From Candidatus Yanofskybacteria bacterium (GTDB taxonomy: Bacteria > Patescibacteriota > Minisyncoccia > 2-02-FULL-40-12 > GWA2-44-9), in the NCBI GenBank assembly GCA_016185505.1, contig JACPNL010000019.1, forward strand, positions 2,885 to 66,884: 64,000 nucleotides of DNA, written 5' to 3'. The position numbers and the translations under genes are program-made. Position 1 is the first letter of the stretch, and every line of letters begins with the position of its first letter. Below are positions 7,860 to 19,046 of this stretch, one piece after another. The notes under the pieces were generated by a model that worked only from the letters and a program-made list of their open reading frames with translations, made no database searches and was not told the origin of the DNA.

Positions 7860-10800
7860 ATGTCCGCAACTGTCCGCGTATTTATAATGCGGAAACTATT
7901 CTCAAAATATGGAGCTACCCATTTGGAATCAGACGCGCCTAACCTTGTTCAAGTGCAACTTGATTCTTATAATTGGTTTTTACGCCACGGGCTCAAAGAA
8001 TTGCTGAAGGAGGTTTCGCCCGTTGAGGATTGGACCGGCAAAGAACTTGAGCTTCGTTTTTTGGATTACAAGCTGGACGAACCTAAATACGACGAAAGAA
8101 CATCCATAGATAAGAACATTACCTTTGAGGCGCCACTGAAGGTAAAAGTCGGTCTCGTCAATAAAAGTACGGGCCAGGAAAGGGAGCAGGAACTTTTTAT
8201 CGCGGATTTTCCATTAATGACCCAAAGGGGGACTTTCATCATAAATGGAATTGAAAGGGTGGTTATATCCCAGCTTATCAGAAGCCCGGGGTCATTTTTT
8301 TCATTATCCAGATCCAGCCGGTATAAGAGATTTTTTGGGGCCAAGTTAATTCCGTCCAGAGGCGCCTGGCTTGAATTTGAGACGGAGTATAACGGTGTTA
8401 TCTCGGTGAGGATAGACAGAAAAAGAAAGGTGGCCGCTACCGCGCTTTTGCGCGCGTTCGGCATTAAAGATGACGAAGAAATAAAAAAACTTTTTGCCGA
8501 TGTTGACACTGATCCAAATGTAAAATATATATTGGCGACTATTCTTCAGGACCCGTCTTCTAATGAAGAGGAAGGTCTGATTGAACTTTATAAGCGTATC
8601 AGGCCTGGAGATCCAGCTACTCCTGACAACGCCAGGCAGATGATCCACAATCTTTTTTTCAACCCATCCAGGTACGATTTGTCTAAGGTCGGCCGCTTTC
8701 GACTAAATAAAAGATTCAACGAGAGCTTGGATATAGAAAAAGCCGAGAATCGGGTGTTAAGGCCCAAGGACATAGTGAATCTTCTGCGGGAGATAATTCG
8801 TTTGAACAACGATCCGTCGTCGGAACCGGATAACATAGATCATCTTGGCAACAGAAGGGTCAAAACATTGGGGGAATTACTTCAGGATCGTTTAAGGATC
8901 GCTTTTGCCAGGATGGAAAGAAATATAAAAGACAGGATGAGTACGATGGATCTGGCAATGGTTTTGCCGTCTCAACTTATAAACGCGCGACCTTTTGTCG
9001 CGGCCTTGAAAGAATTTTTTTCGTCAGGGCAACTATCTCAATTTATGGATCAAGACAATCCTCTTTCAGAGCTTGAGCACAAGAGACGTCTTTCCGCGCT
9101 GGGCCCCGGCGGTCTTACCAGAGAAAGAGCCAGTTTTGAAGTTCGCGATGTCCATCCGTCACACTATGGGAGAATTTGTCCTATAGCTACGCCCGAGGGC
9201 CCTAATATAGGTCTTGTGGGACATCTTGCTTTGCATTCAAAGATCTCTGATCTTGGTTTCATACTCACTCCGTATAGAAAGGTTGCAAAGGGCAGGGTTA
9301 CCGATGAGATACTATATATGGATGCCATAGAGGAGGAGAGGTATAACATTGCTTCAGCCGGCGCCTCGATGGATAAAGAAGGCAACCTTACCGGCGACAA
9401 GGTAACGGCCAGGATCAAAGGAGAGCCAGGCACGGCCGAACCGAAAAACATCGATTATATAGACGTTTCTCCGAAGCAGCAATTCTCGGTATCCACATCT
9501 CTCATTCCTTTTCTTGAACATGATGACGCCAACAGGGCGTTGATGGGTTCTAATATGCAGAGGCAAGCCGTCCCTTTGATAAAACCAGAATCGCCCTATG
9601 TTGGTACGGGTCTTGAATCGAAAGTTGCCGTTGACTCGGGCGTTATGGTTGTTGCACCGGATAACGGAACTGTAAAAGAAGCGGATGCTTCTCATATCGT
9701 CCTTGAATCCGATAAAAAGAAATACGAGTTCAAACTTCTTAAATTCGCCAAGTCAAATAAATTCACATCAATAAATCAGAGGCCGATTGTCTCCAGGGGC
9801 GACAAGGTCAAGAAGGGAGACGTTCTTGCCGACGGTCCGTCAACAGAGAACGGAGAATTGGCCCTTGGCGCAAATCTCGTTGTCGCGTATATGTCTTTCG
9901 AAGGAGCAAATTTTGAGGACGCCATCGTTATCTCCGAGCGTCTGATCAAAGAGGATGTATTTTCAAGCATCCATATCGAGGACTATGTGAGCGACGTGAG
10001 AGAGACTAAGCTTGGGCCCGAGTTAACCACTTATGATATTCCTAATGTCGCTATGGAGCGATTGAATGATCTGGATCCTGACGGAGTGGTGAGAATAGGC
10101 GCCGAGGTCAGATCGCAGGATATTCTGGTGGGCAAGATTTCTCCGAAAGGAGAAAGCGACCTTACGGCCGAAGAGCGATTGCTGCGAGCCATATTCGGTG
10201 AAAAATCCAGAGACGTTAAAGATACTTCGCTTCGTCTTGATTACGGAAAGCAGGGCCGGGTCGTGGGCGTGAAAACATTCTCCAGAGATGAAGGGGACAA
10301 GCTGGATGTTGGGGTTATTAAAAAGACCCAGGTTTCTGTGGCGCAGTTGAGAAAGGTTCAAATAGGAGACAAGTTGGCTGGACGTCACGGCAATAAGGGA
10401 GTCATATCGGTCATACTTCCTGAAGAAGATATGCCGTTTATGGAGGACGGCACTCCGGTTGATATCGTTTTATCGCCTCTTGGCATTATTTCACGTATGA
10501 ATATCGGCCAGGTGCTTGAGGCTCACTTGGGCATGGCGGCCAAAAAACTTGAATATAAAGCCGCGACTCCTTCTATGGCCGGTCCGAGCGAGGATATGAT
10601 AATGGAAGAGTTAAAGAAAGCCGGCTTTCCCGTTGATGGAAAGGTCCAGCTTTACGATGGAAAGACGGGACTGTCTTTCGCGCAAAGATCCACTGTGGGC
10701 ATTACCTACTTTATGAAGTTGAGCCATATGGTTGAAGACAAGCTCCACATGAGGTCTATTGGTCCATATTCTCTTATCACCCAACAGCCGCTTGGAGGCA

Positions 10801-11045
10801 AAGCTCAGTTCGGAGGGCAGAGATTCGGAGAAATGGAGGTCTGGGCACTTGAAGGTTATGGCGCCTCTCATACTTTGCAAGAGATGTTGACCATCAAATC
10901 AGACGATGTTTTAGGCCGAGCGAAGACATATGAATCAATAGTGAACGGAGAAGAAATACACGCCCCCCACTTGCCGGAGTCGTTCAAGGTTTTGCTGTCG
11001 GAGATAAAGGGGTTAGGGTTGAATGTAGAATTGATTGAAAAGTAG
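7860..11045 (+). CDS. rpoB: DNA-directed RNA polymerase subunit beta
   Basis: Full-length RpoB homology (e.g. GDKLAGRHGNKGVIS, NIGQVLE). The start may instead be the ATG at 7887. Confidence 0.95.
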   Translation: MSATVRVFIMRKLFSKYGATHLESDAPNLVQVQLDSYNWFLRHGLKELLKEVSPVEDWTGKELELRFLDYKLDEPKYDERTSIDKNITFEAPLKVKVGLVNKSTGQEREQELFIADFPLMTQRGTFIINGIERVVISQLIRSPGSFFSLSRSSRYKRFFGAKLIPSRGAWLEFETEYNGVISVRIDRKRKVAATALLRAFGIKDDEEIKKLFADVDTDPNVKYILATILQDPSSNEEEGLIELYKRIRPGDPATPDNARQMIHNLFFNPSRYDLSKVGRFRLNKRFNESLDIEKAENRVLRPKDIVNLLREIIRLNNDPSSEPDNIDHLGNRRVKTLGELLQDRLRIAFARMERNIKDRMSTMDLAMVLPSQLINARPFVAALKEFFSSGQLSQFMDQDNPLSELEHKRRLSALGPGGLTRERASFEVRDVHPSHYGRICPIATPEGPNIGLVGHLALHSKISDLGFILTPYRKVAKGRVTDEILYMDAIEEERYNIASAGASMDKEGNLTGDKVTARIKGEPGTAEPKNIDYIDVSPKQQFSVSTSLIPFLEHDDANRALMGSNMQRQAVPLIKPESPYVGTGLESKVAVDSGVMVVAPDNGTVKEADASHIVLESDKKKYEFKLLKFAKSNKFTSINQRPIVSRGDKVKKGDVLADGPSTENGELALGANLVVAYMSFEGANFEDAIVISERLIKEDVFSSIHIEDYVSDVRETKLGPELTTYDIPNVAMERLNDLDPDGVVRIGAEVRSQDILVGKISPKGESDLTAEERLLRAIFGEKSRDVKDTSLRLDYGKQGRVVGVKTFSRDEGDKLDVGVIKKTQVSVAQLRKVQIGDKLAGRHGNKGVISVILPEEDMPFMEDGTPVDIVLSPLGIISRMNIGQVLEAHLGMAAKKLEYKAATPSMAGPSEDMIMEELKKAGFPVDGKVQLYDGKTGLSFAQRSTVGITYFMKLSHMVEDKLHMRSIGPYSLITQQPLGGKAQFGGQRFGEMEVWALEGYGASHTLQEMLTIKSDDVLGRAKTYESIVNGEEIHAPHLPESFKVLLSEIKGLGLNVELIEK

Positions 11046-11190
11046 TTTCAACCAATTCAACTAAATGTAAAATGCAAATATCAAAAATCAAAATGACAAT
11101 TCAAAATGTAAAGAATAATCAGAAATCAGAAAATTTTAAATTTTATACTGTCATTTTACACTTTGATTTTTAAATTTTAAATTTCTTATC
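11046..11190. repeat. AAAATGTAAAATGACA-family AT-rich inverted repeat element in the rpoB-rpoC spacer
   Basis: AAATGTAAAATGCAAATATCAAAAATCAAAATGACAATTCAAAATGTAAAG...TATACTGTCATTTTACACTTTGATTTTTAAATT. Related copies lie at 32043-32190 and, in frame, inside uvrC at 33541-33600. Confidence 0.5.
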
Positions 11191-14100
11191 GTGGATTTAT
11201 CCAGCATAAAACTTAAAATCGCGTCTCCCGAGGATATTTTGTCTTGGTCATACGGTGAGGTCACGAAGCCCGAGACCATCAACTACCGAACCCAGAAGCC
11301 GGAAAGGGAAGGTCTTTTTTCAGAGGCCATTTTCGGGCCGGTCAAGGATTGGGAATGCTATTGCGGAAAATATAAAAGGATAAGGTACAAGGGTATCATC
11401 TGCGACAGATGCGGTGTTGAGGTTACCAGATCCATAGTCAGACGAGAAAGAATGGGTCACATTAAACTGGCCGCGCCGGTGGCTCATATTTGGTTTCTGC
11501 GGGGCGTTCCTTCCAAGATAGCCACCGTTTTAGGCGCCAGTTTACAGGAACTTGAAAAGGTCGTCTACTTCGCGAGCTATATAATAATGAAAGCGAATGA
11601 AGACCTGAAAGCGGAAGCGATGAAAAGGATTGAGAACGAGTTTAAGACAAAGATCAAGAATTCTAAAAATGAAGCCGAACAAGAGAGTCTGAAAGAACAA
11701 AAAGATAGGGAGAAGAATAATTTAAGGAATTTAAGAAAATATCAGATTGTTTCGGAGCTTGATTTCCGCGACCTGTCTCTAAAATACGGGGAGGTGTTTG
11801 AGGCGGGCATAGGCGCGGAGGCGATAAAGCGTTTGCTTGAAGAGATAAACTTCGAAGACCTTGTTGCCGAAATAGAAAGCGAAGTAAAAAGCGAATCGAA
11901 TCCATTAGAGCAAAGAAAGCTGACAAGACGCTTGAGATTCATAAAAGGAATGAAGAAAGCGGAGATAAGGCCCGAGTGGATGATTTTGAGCACATTGCCG
12001 GTCATCCCCCCCGCTTTGAGGCCGATGGTACCTCTGGACGGTGGCCGCTACGCGACGTCAGATCTTAATGACCTATACAGGAGGGTGATCAACAGAAACA
12101 ACCGCTTGAAGCATTTGCTCGAACTTAAGGCTCCGGAAGTCATTACAAAGAACGAAAAGAGAATGCTTCAGGAGTCGGTTGACGCTCTTATAGACAATGC
12201 AATGAGAAGGGGGGGAGGAGTTACTACTGCTGCTTCAACGGGGCAGAAAAGGGCGCTCCGCTCTCTTGCCGATATGTTAAAAGGCAAACAGGGAAGATTC
12301 AGGCAGAACTTGCTTGGAAAACGAGTTGATTACTCCGGTCGTTCGGTTATCGTTATTGGTCCGGAACTTGGTATTGCCGAGTGCGGTCTTCCCAAAAGAA
12401 TGGCTTTGGAACTTTTCAAGCCGTTCGTGATAGGGATTTTGATAAGAAAAGAATTGGCTCACAACATTAAATCGGCGAGCCGTCTGATAGAGCAGGAAAC
12501 ACCGGATGTCTGGACGGCATTGGAAGAAGCGATGGAAGGCAAGCTGGTATTGCTCAATCGCGCGCCGACATTGCATCGTCTGTCTGTTCAGGCATTTAAG
12601 CCGACACTAATAGAAGGTAAAGCGATCAAAATTCCCGCTATGCCCGTGCATGCTTTTAATGCTGACTTTGATGGTGACCAGATGGCGGTTCACTTGCCGC
12701 TTACGAACGAAGCTCAAAAAGAAGCCAAGGACTTGATGCTATCCAGCCACGGCATACTGAAGCCGGCCACGGGCGAACCCGTCGCTATACCGAGCCACGA
12801 TATGTCATTTGGAATTTATTTTATTACTAATATGCTTGAGAACGCCAAAGGCGAAGGCAAGATATTTTCTTCCCGGTATGAAGCGCTTCTTGCTCATGAG
12901 AACGAGTTTATTGATCTTCGGGCAAAGATAAAAATACCGAACCCCGACTATAAAGAGCCAGGCGACAGAGATTCCCGGCTCCGCACGGGAACCTTATCCG
13001 AGCAAGGTTCACGCCGAGGAACTTCGGCGGGAATCGCCTCAGGTAGCGACGCGGAGAAGATCATTGAGACAACCGTAGGCCGCGTAATATTCAACAAAAT
13101 ATTGCCTAAGGAATTTCGATATGTGAATAAAACCCTCACTAAACCCGACTTAAAAGCTATCAGCTCCGATATATGGGACGAATACGGCGAGGAAGTAATG
13201 GTGGATTTCTTAGACAAAGTTAAAAACCTTGGCTTTCACTATGCAACGGTATCCGGCGTCTCCTGGAGTATGAGTGATTTGAGAGTTCCTCAAGAAAAGC
13301 AGCAAATCATAGAAGAGGCCGACAGGGTTATAGAAGAGAACAGGCACTTGTACGAGAACGGCTTGTTGACAGACCATGAAAGAAAGTCAAAAGCGATTGA
13401 AGTATGGAACAATGCTAAAGCCAAACTTTCTGCGTTGGTAAAAAAAGAGTTGGCTATTCAGGACCCGGTTTATATGATAGTTGATTCCAGGGCCAGAGGC
13501 AGTTGGGGGCCAATCGACCAAATGATGGGCATGAGAGGTATCGTGGTTAATCCTTCAGGTGAACTCATAGAACTGCCTATCAGGAATTCTTTGAAAGAAG
13601 GGATGACATCTCTTGAGTACTTCATTTCTACTCACGGCGCCAGAAAAGGTCTAGTGGACACGGCTCTCAAAACAGCCGAGGCCGGCTACCTCACCCGTAA
13701 ATTGGTTGATGTGGCGCAAAGCGTGGTTGTGCTGGAAGATGATTGTAAAGATAAAGAAGGATATGTGGTTTACGCTGAAGACAAAAAAATAAACGGGGAA
13801 ACACTGGGCCGTCGTTTGAAAGGTCGGGTAGTGATGGAGGACTTAATAGATAAGAATGGCGAAGTTATCGTAAAAAAGGGTAAAATGGTTGACAAAGAAG
13901 CCGCGGTCAAAATAGATGAAGCCGGGATAGACCAAGCGAGGATAAGATCTCTTGTAAGATGTAAGGCGCTTAATGGTGTTTGTCGTATGTGTTATGGCCA
14001 CGATCTGTCAAAGGGCGAACTTATAAATATCGGAGAGGCCGTCGGTATTGTCACCGCGCAAGCGATCGGAGAGCCGGGGACCCAGCTTACAATGAGAACG

Positions 14101-14844
14101 TTTCACACCGGAGGTATTGCCGGCGGAGCGGACATTACTATGGGTCTTCCCAGGGTTGTGGAGATATTTGAAGCGCGGTCTCCGCAATTCAAAGCGCTGG
14201 TAGCTGATGTCGATGGTCAGGTTTTGTCGGTAGAGGATACTGGCAAACAGAAGGTTATAACCGTAGAAGTTAAGGATACCCATGATAAAAAGGAATTCGT
14301 AATTGCTCCCAATTTAGCTGTATCTGTCGCCAAAGGAGATCTCGTAGCTGTTGGCCAGCAGTTAAGTGAGGGTCATATTGATCTTAAAGAATTATTCGCG
14401 ACGACCAATGATATTGATGTTGTCGCCAGATATATAATCAGAGAAGTTCAGGCCATTTACTTCCCAACGGGCGACAGCATAAACGACAAACACGTGGAGC
14501 TGATAGTAAGACAGATGTTCTCAAGGGTTAAGGTATTGGATCCCGGCGATACCGATCTTTTGTCCGGCGACATAATTGAAAAGAGGCGTCTCTGGCAGGA
14601 GAACGAGAAAGCAAAACAGAGAAAGAAAATCGAGGCAACGGCAGAGCAGCTGCTCTTGGGTATGACCAAGGTTTCGCTGACCACGGACAGTTTCCTTTCG
14701 GCCGCGTCGTTCCAGGAGACGGCAAGGGTGCTCATAGACAGCGCTACCGTCGGCAAAGAGGACTTGCTCAAAGGCCTCAAAGAAAACGTCATCATCGGCC
14801 GTCTGATACCGGCAGGGACGGGACTGGGAGCAGAATTGGAGTAG
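11191..14844 (+). CDS. rpoC: DNA-directed RNA polymerase subunit beta prime
   Basis: NADFDGDQMAVH catalytic motif and full-length RpoC homology. GTG start. Confidence 0.95.
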   Translation: MDLSSIKLKIASPEDILSWSYGEVTKPETINYRTQKPEREGLFSEAIFGPVKDWECYCGKYKRIRYKGIICDRCGVEVTRSIVRRERMGHIKLAAPVAHIWFLRGVPSKIATVLGASLQELEKVVYFASYIIMKANEDLKAEAMKRIENEFKTKIKNSKNEAEQESLKEQKDREKNNLRNLRKYQIVSELDFRDLSLKYGEVFEAGIGAEAIKRLLEEINFEDLVAEIESEVKSESNPLEQRKLTRRLRFIKGMKKAEIRPEWMILSTLPVIPPALRPMVPLDGGRYATSDLNDLYRRVINRNNRLKHLLELKAPEVITKNEKRMLQESVDALIDNAMRRGGGVTTAASTGQKRALRSLADMLKGKQGRFRQNLLGKRVDYSGRSVIVIGPELGIAECGLPKRMALELFKPFVIGILIRKELAHNIKSASRLIEQETPDVWTALEEAMEGKLVLLNRAPTLHRLSVQAFKPTLIEGKAIKIPAMPVHAFNADFDGDQMAVHLPLTNEAQKEAKDLMLSSHGILKPATGEPVAIPSHDMSFGIYFITNMLENAKGEGKIFSSRYEALLAHENEFIDLRAKIKIPNPDYKEPGDRDSRLRTGTLSEQGSRRGTSAGIASGSDAEKIIETTVGRVIFNKILPKEFRYVNKTLTKPDLKAISSDIWDEYGEEVMVDFLDKVKNLGFHYATVSGVSWSMSDLRVPQEKQQIIEEADRVIEENRHLYENGLLTDHERKSKAIEVWNNAKAKLSALVKKELAIQDPVYMIVDSRARGSWGPIDQMMGMRGIVVNPSGELIELPIRNSLKEGMTSLEYFISTHGARKGLVDTALKTAEAGYLTRKLVDVAQSVVVLEDDCKDKEGYVVYAEDKKINGETLGRRLKGRVVMEDLIDKNGEVIVKKGKMVDKEAAVKIDEAGIDQARIRSLVRCKALNGVCRMCYGHDLSKGELINIGEAVGIVTAQAIGEPGTQLTMRTFHTGGIAGGADITMGLPRVVEIFEARSPQFKALVADVDGQVLSVEDTGKQKVITVEVKDTHDKKEFVIAPNLAVSVAKGDLVAVGQQLSEGHIDLKELFATTNDIDVVARYIIREVQAIYFPTGDSINDKHVELIVRQMFSRVKVLDPGDTDLLSGDIIEKRRLWQENEKAKQRKKIEATAEQLLLGMTKVSLTTDSFLSAASFQETARVLIDSATVGKEDLLKGLKENVIIGRLIPAGTGLGAELE

Positions 14845-15086
14845 TCGCTCAAGCCAGCTCAGGGAAGCTCAGCTTCCTCAGCTGGCTCAATCCCACCCCC
14901 ATTTGCCGGCCTATTGGTTACGTCCTTCATCCGGCGTTTTGTAACTGTTCAAGGATCAATAGCTCCACAGAGAAGCTTTCACGAGCCCCCACACTAGTGT
15001 GGGGCAAGTAATATCTGTGGAGCTTTTCTTTTCTTGATTTAAGGTTTTAATACTATATACTTAATACTATATACTTAATACCAATA

Positions 15087-17318
15087 TTGATGGCTCGGCA
15101 TAAAAAGACCGACAAAAAGATGAAAGTTAGAAAGGAAAGAACGGCATCTGCCGTATCGCGGTTTGATATATCCCAGGAAACCAAGAATAGTATTTGGGGG
15201 ATTCTGGCTTTCAGCTTGGCCGTTCTTGCTATTTTGAGTTTTACTGGCAAGGCGGGGACGGCGGGCACTCTTTTCAATATTGCCGCAAGGTCTCTATTTG
15301 GCTGGGGATTTTTTATCGTTCCGGTTGCCTTCATTGTGCTCGGGTTTGCTTTTCTAAAATCAATTTCAAGGCAGATTTACCACAGCGCTGTTTTTGGGAC
15401 GGCTTTATTTATATTTTCTTTTCTGGCCCTGTTTTACATATTCGGTGGAGGCAACTTTGACGCTCGTCTTGTCCAAGGCGGATACTTTGGTATAGTTCTG
15501 GGTTTTCCGCTGCTTTACTCGTTAGGGTTCTGGGCTTCTTTGTTAATTTTATTGGTTCTGGTTATTGTCGCTCTCCTTGTTGCTTTGAATGTCCCTCTGT
15601 ATGGTTTAATCACAAAAAGCAAAGAAGAGGAAGAGCTGGTTGATCATGTCGTAATTAAAAAGAAGGGGGAAGTTGTTGATACTCACAAGTCAGCCATTGT
15701 TTCTGCTTCTCAACGCCAAGTCAATGTTCCCGGTGGGGCGGTCAAGCCGGTAAAAGTTGAACTTACCGACAAAGAGTTCGTCATTAAAAATTTGAAAAGA
15801 GGCAAGTGGACATTGCCGCCGTTGGAATTGTTGCATCATGACCAAGACGAAGCGGTGACGGGGGATATTAATGCCAGCGCTAACATTATCAAAAGGACTT
15901 TGGCCAATTTCAGTATAGATGTAGAAATGGGCGAGGTTTCTGTCGGGCCGACGGTAACTCAATTCACGATGAGACCGGCGGTGGGAGTTAAGTTGTCCCG
16001 TATTACGACTCTTAACTCTGATCTATCGCTTGCTCTTGCCGCTCACCCCATCCGTATTGAGGCTCCTATTCCGGGCAAGTCACTGGTCGGGATAGAAGTT
16101 CCTAACAAGAAGGTCTCGACTGTTGGTTTGAGGGATATGTTTGAGAATGACGAATACAAAAAGTCGGGATTTTTCCTTCCCGTATCCATCGGTCGAGATG
16201 TTTCCGGTACTGCTGTTTTTGCTGGTCTTGAAAAAATGCCCCACATTCTCGTCGCGGGAGCGACTGGAACGGGCAAGTCGGTTTCTATCAACTCGCTTCT
16301 TCTCTCAATGCTTTATAAACATTCACCGGATATTCTTAAGATGATACTCATTGATCCCAAACGGGTGGAACTTACTTTATATAATGGTATTCCGCATTTA
16401 ATAACTCCGGTAATAACTGACAATAAAAAAGTCCTTGGCGCGTTGAAGTGGGCTGTAAGCGAAATGGACCGCCGGTATGACACGCTTTCAAAAAACGCGT
16501 CAAAGGATATATTTTCATACAACGCTAAACTTACGGAAAAACGCGGTCGAGACGGCGACGATACTCAAATCATGCCCTTTATCGTGATAGTTATTGATGA
16601 GTTAGCCGATTTGATGGCTTCTTACGGACGGGACGTTGAAGCGGCGATAGTCCGGCTTGCCCAGATGTCTCGAGCGGTGGGAATTCATTTGATACTTTCA
16701 ACCCAAAGACCTTCGGTGGAAGTTATCACGGGGCTGATAAAAGCTAACATAACCTCCCGCGTTGCTTTTCAGGTGGCAAGCCAGGTGGATTCGCGAACGA
16801 TTTTGGATATGGCCGGAGCCGAGAAGTTACTGGGGCGAGGGGATATGCTGTTTATGGCCGGAGATGTGGCAAAGCCAAGGCGTCTTCAAGGCGCGAATGT
16901 AACCGAAAAAGAAGTCAAAGATGTCGTGAAGTTTCTGAAAACCCAAGCGGAAGCACTGGAAGTCGGCGAAGGAGAAGGCGAACTTCATGTTGATTTCAAC
17001 GCCACCGGCAGTTTCGGCGAAGGAGGGGGTTTCTCCGGTTCCGATGAGGGCGACGACCCTTTATATGGTGACGCCAAAGAGGTGATATTGGCTGCCGGCA
17101 AGGCCTCGGCATCATTGTTGCAGAGGCGGCTAAAAGTCGGCTATGCCCGAGCGGCGCGTTTGCTGGATATTCTTGAAGAAAACGGCGTTATTGGTCCCGG
17201 GGAAGGGGCTAAGCCGAGAGAGGTCTACGCAACGAGATCGGCTATGCCCGCGCAAGCAGAGAGTGCGTCCGAGGCGACAGTTATTTCGGCGGATATGGCG
17301 GAAGCAGAGCTTAAGTAG
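15087..17318 (+). CDS. ftsK: DNA translocase FtsK
   Basis: N-terminal TM helices, an FtsK/SpoIIIE ATPase domain (VAGATGTGKSV Walker A) and a C-terminal gamma domain. Confidence 0.9.
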   Translation: MMARHKKTDKKMKVRKERTASAVSRFDISQETKNSIWGILAFSLAVLAILSFTGKAGTAGTLFNIAARSLFGWGFFIVPVAFIVLGFAFLKSISRQIYHSAVFGTALFIFSFLALFYIFGGGNFDARLVQGGYFGIVLGFPLLYSLGFWASLLILLVLVIVALLVALNVPLYGLITKSKEEEELVDHVVIKKKGEVVDTHKSAIVSASQRQVNVPGGAVKPVKVELTDKEFVIKNLKRGKWTLPPLELLHHDQDEAVTGDINASANIIKRTLANFSIDVEMGEVSVGPTVTQFTMRPAVGVKLSRITTLNSDLSLALAAHPIRIEAPIPGKSLVGIEVPNKKVSTVGLRDMFENDEYKKSGFFLPVSIGRDVSGTAVFAGLEKMPHILVAGATGTGKSVSINSLLLSMLYKHSPDILKMILIDPKRVELTLYNGIPHLITPVITDNKKVLGALKWAVSEMDRRYDTLSKNASKDIFSYNAKLTEKRGRDGDDTQIMPFIVIVIDELADLMASYGRDVEAAIVRLAQMSRAVGIHLILSTQRPSVEVITGLIKANITSRVAFQVASQVDSRTILDMAGAEKLLGRGDMLFMAGDVAKPRRLQGANVTEKEVKDVVKFLKTQAEALEVGEGEGELHVDFNATGSFGEGGGFSGSDEGDDPLYGDAKEVILAAGKASASLLQRRLKVGYARAARLLDILEENGVIGPGEGAKPREVYATRSAMPAQAESASEATVISADMAEAELK

Positions 17319-17562
17319 GGGGAGTGAGACCGTCAATTAATTTTTAACATTGAAATCCTTTAACAAATCCTTTGATATTTGTTCATAATGCGGATAAAAA
17401 TTCAGCAACCGTTCCTCCCTCCCCAGTTTCAGAAAACTGGGGAGGGATTTTCCGGCTAAATTTTTATTTCCGCCTGCTGGTGGACCGCATTATCTCTCAA
17501 ATATCTTAGTATTTGTGCCAAAGGATTTCAGTTGCTAAAAATTAATTGACGGTCTCACTCCC
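17318..17562. repeat. Long imperfect inverted repeat (~75-bp arms, ~80% complementary) around a central hairpin; MITE-like element or giant hairpin
   Basis: Left arm GGGGGAGTGAGACCGTCAATTAATTTTTAACATTGAAATCC...ATAATGCGG. Right arm CCGCATTATCTC...GTTGCTAAAAATTAATTGACGGTCTCACTCCC. The centre holds the stem CTCCCCAGTTTTCAGAAAACTGGGGAG. Confidence 0.5.
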
Positions 17563-17612
17563 TGGATGTTTTGTGTGGTTTTGAAAATCGACTGTTCCCT
17601 TAGTTTTACTTT

Positions 17613-18020
17613 ATGCCGGTGTGTGCTATCCTATACGGTAGCACTTTTGGTTTGAGACAAAGATCTATGAGTTTGCCCGATGATCCCACCCTTCAAGAAG
17701 TTTTGCTTTCTGAAAGTAAACAGCTTCGAGACGAAATTTCTAGTATTAAAGTTCGGCTTGGACAACTGACCGTTGATCTGATGAGAAAGTCGGCTGAAGC
17801 AAGCGAGGCGCAAGAGATATTAAAACGCTGGCGGACTGAACTGGAGATATTGGCTGACCAGCAAGGTCATAACCTGTGCTGGGCCGGAGTGCCGAGATTG
17901 CTCAAGAATACCATCGGCCATACCGGCAAATATCCCGATCTTGAGAACGTAACAAGAGGTGAATTCGAGATCGGCTGTAGAGCGTATCAGGATGATATTT
18001 TCGGACCGGTAGAGAAGTAG
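17613..18020 (+). CDS. Hypothetical protein, predicted coiled coil
   Basis: 135-aa ORF (possible start at M18 MSLPDDP), followed by the hairpin terminator AGCGACTTGCGTCGCTTTTTT at 18017-18040. Confidence 0.4.
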   Translation: MPVCAILYGSTFGLRQRSMSLPDDPTLQEVLLSESKQLRDEISSIKVRLGQLTVDLMRKSAEASEAQEILKRWRTELEILADQQGHNLCWAGVPRLLKNTIGHTGKYPDLENVTRGEFEIGCRAYQDDIFGPVEK

Positions 18021-18101
18021 CGACTTGCGTCGCTTTTTTAATTTGTTAGAATATGTAAGTTAATTAAACACCCAACGTCTGGAGGGGCGTTATAAAAATA
18101 A

Positions 18102-19004
18102 ATGGCAAAAAAACAAGACGATTCAAAATCAAAACAGGTCGATCTGACTGTTAAAGAACTTCAGGAGAAATACGGCGAGGGGTCAATAATGAAGCTTGGC
18201 GAAGCCAAGAAAGTAGATATCGACGCCATATCGACTGGCTCCATATCTTTGGATTTAGCATTGGGAGTAGGCGGCATACCCAGGGGTAGGATAATAGAAA
18301 TCTACGGGCCGGAAAGTTCCGGTAAGACAACTTTGTGTTTACACATAGTATCTGAAGCTCAAAAGCTTGGCGGTATTGCCGCTTTTGTGGACGCAGAGCA
18401 CGCGCTTGATCCGGAATATGCAAAAAAAATAGGAGTTAAAATAGACCAGCTTTTAATTTCCCAGCCTGATACGGGAGAGGGTTTGCAGGCGCGCTTGATG
18501 TCCCACGCGTTAAGGAAACTTACGGCTATTGTGGCCAAGTCCAATACCACCGTAATTTTTATAAACCAGTTAAGAATGAAGATAGGCGTTATGTTCGGTA
18601 ATCCCGAAATTACCACCGGCGGTATGGCTTTGAAATTTTATTCTTCGGTTCGTATTGAAGTCCGTCGCGCGGCTCAAATACAATCAGGAGAAAAAATAGT
18701 GGGGAATAGGGTGAAAGTAAAAGTGGTTAAAAACAAAGTCGCGCCCCCGTTCAGAACTTGCGAATTCGATATTCTCTATAATGAGGGCATCTCAAAATAT
18801 TCCGATGTTGTTAACGCCGGAGTTAAATACGGCATAGTGGCTAAAGCGGGAAGTTGGTACAACTACCTGCCTGCGCAGGCAGGTGGCGAACCAATAAGAT
18901 TGGGTCAAGGTATAGACGGCTCGAGATTGTTTCTCAAAGATAATCCCAAAGTGGAGCGGGAAATTCTAAACAAAATTAAGGAGGCCGCAACGCGCGAGGC
19001 ATAA
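18102..19004 (+). CDS. recA: Recombinase RecA
   Basis: GPESSGKTT Walker A and full-length RecA homology. Confidence 0.95.
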   Translation: MAKKQDDSKSKQVDLTVKELQEKYGEGSIMKLGEAKKVDIDAISTGSISLDLALGVGGIPRGRIIEIYGPESSGKTTLCLHIVSEAQKLGGIAAFVDAEHALDPEYAKKIGVKIDQLLISQPDTGEGLQARLMSHALRKLTAIVAKSNTTVIFINQLRMKIGVMFGNPEITTGGMALKFYSSVRIEVRRAAQIQSGEKIVGNRVKVKVVKNKVAPPFRTCEFDILYNEGISKYSDVVNAGVKYGIVAKAGSWYNYLPAQAGGEPIRLGQGIDGSRLFLKDNPKVEREILNKIKEAATREA

Positions 19005-19046
19005 AATATCGAAATTTCGATATGTCGATATTTCGAAATATCTTTT

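Noticed and set aside
8066-14852. Numerous 60-170-aa ORFs antisense to or out of frame within rpoB and rpoC (e.g. 8066-8509, 9354-9695, 12277-12576, 14457-14852)
   Set aside because: Shadow ORFs inside two confidently identified, fully conserved genes.
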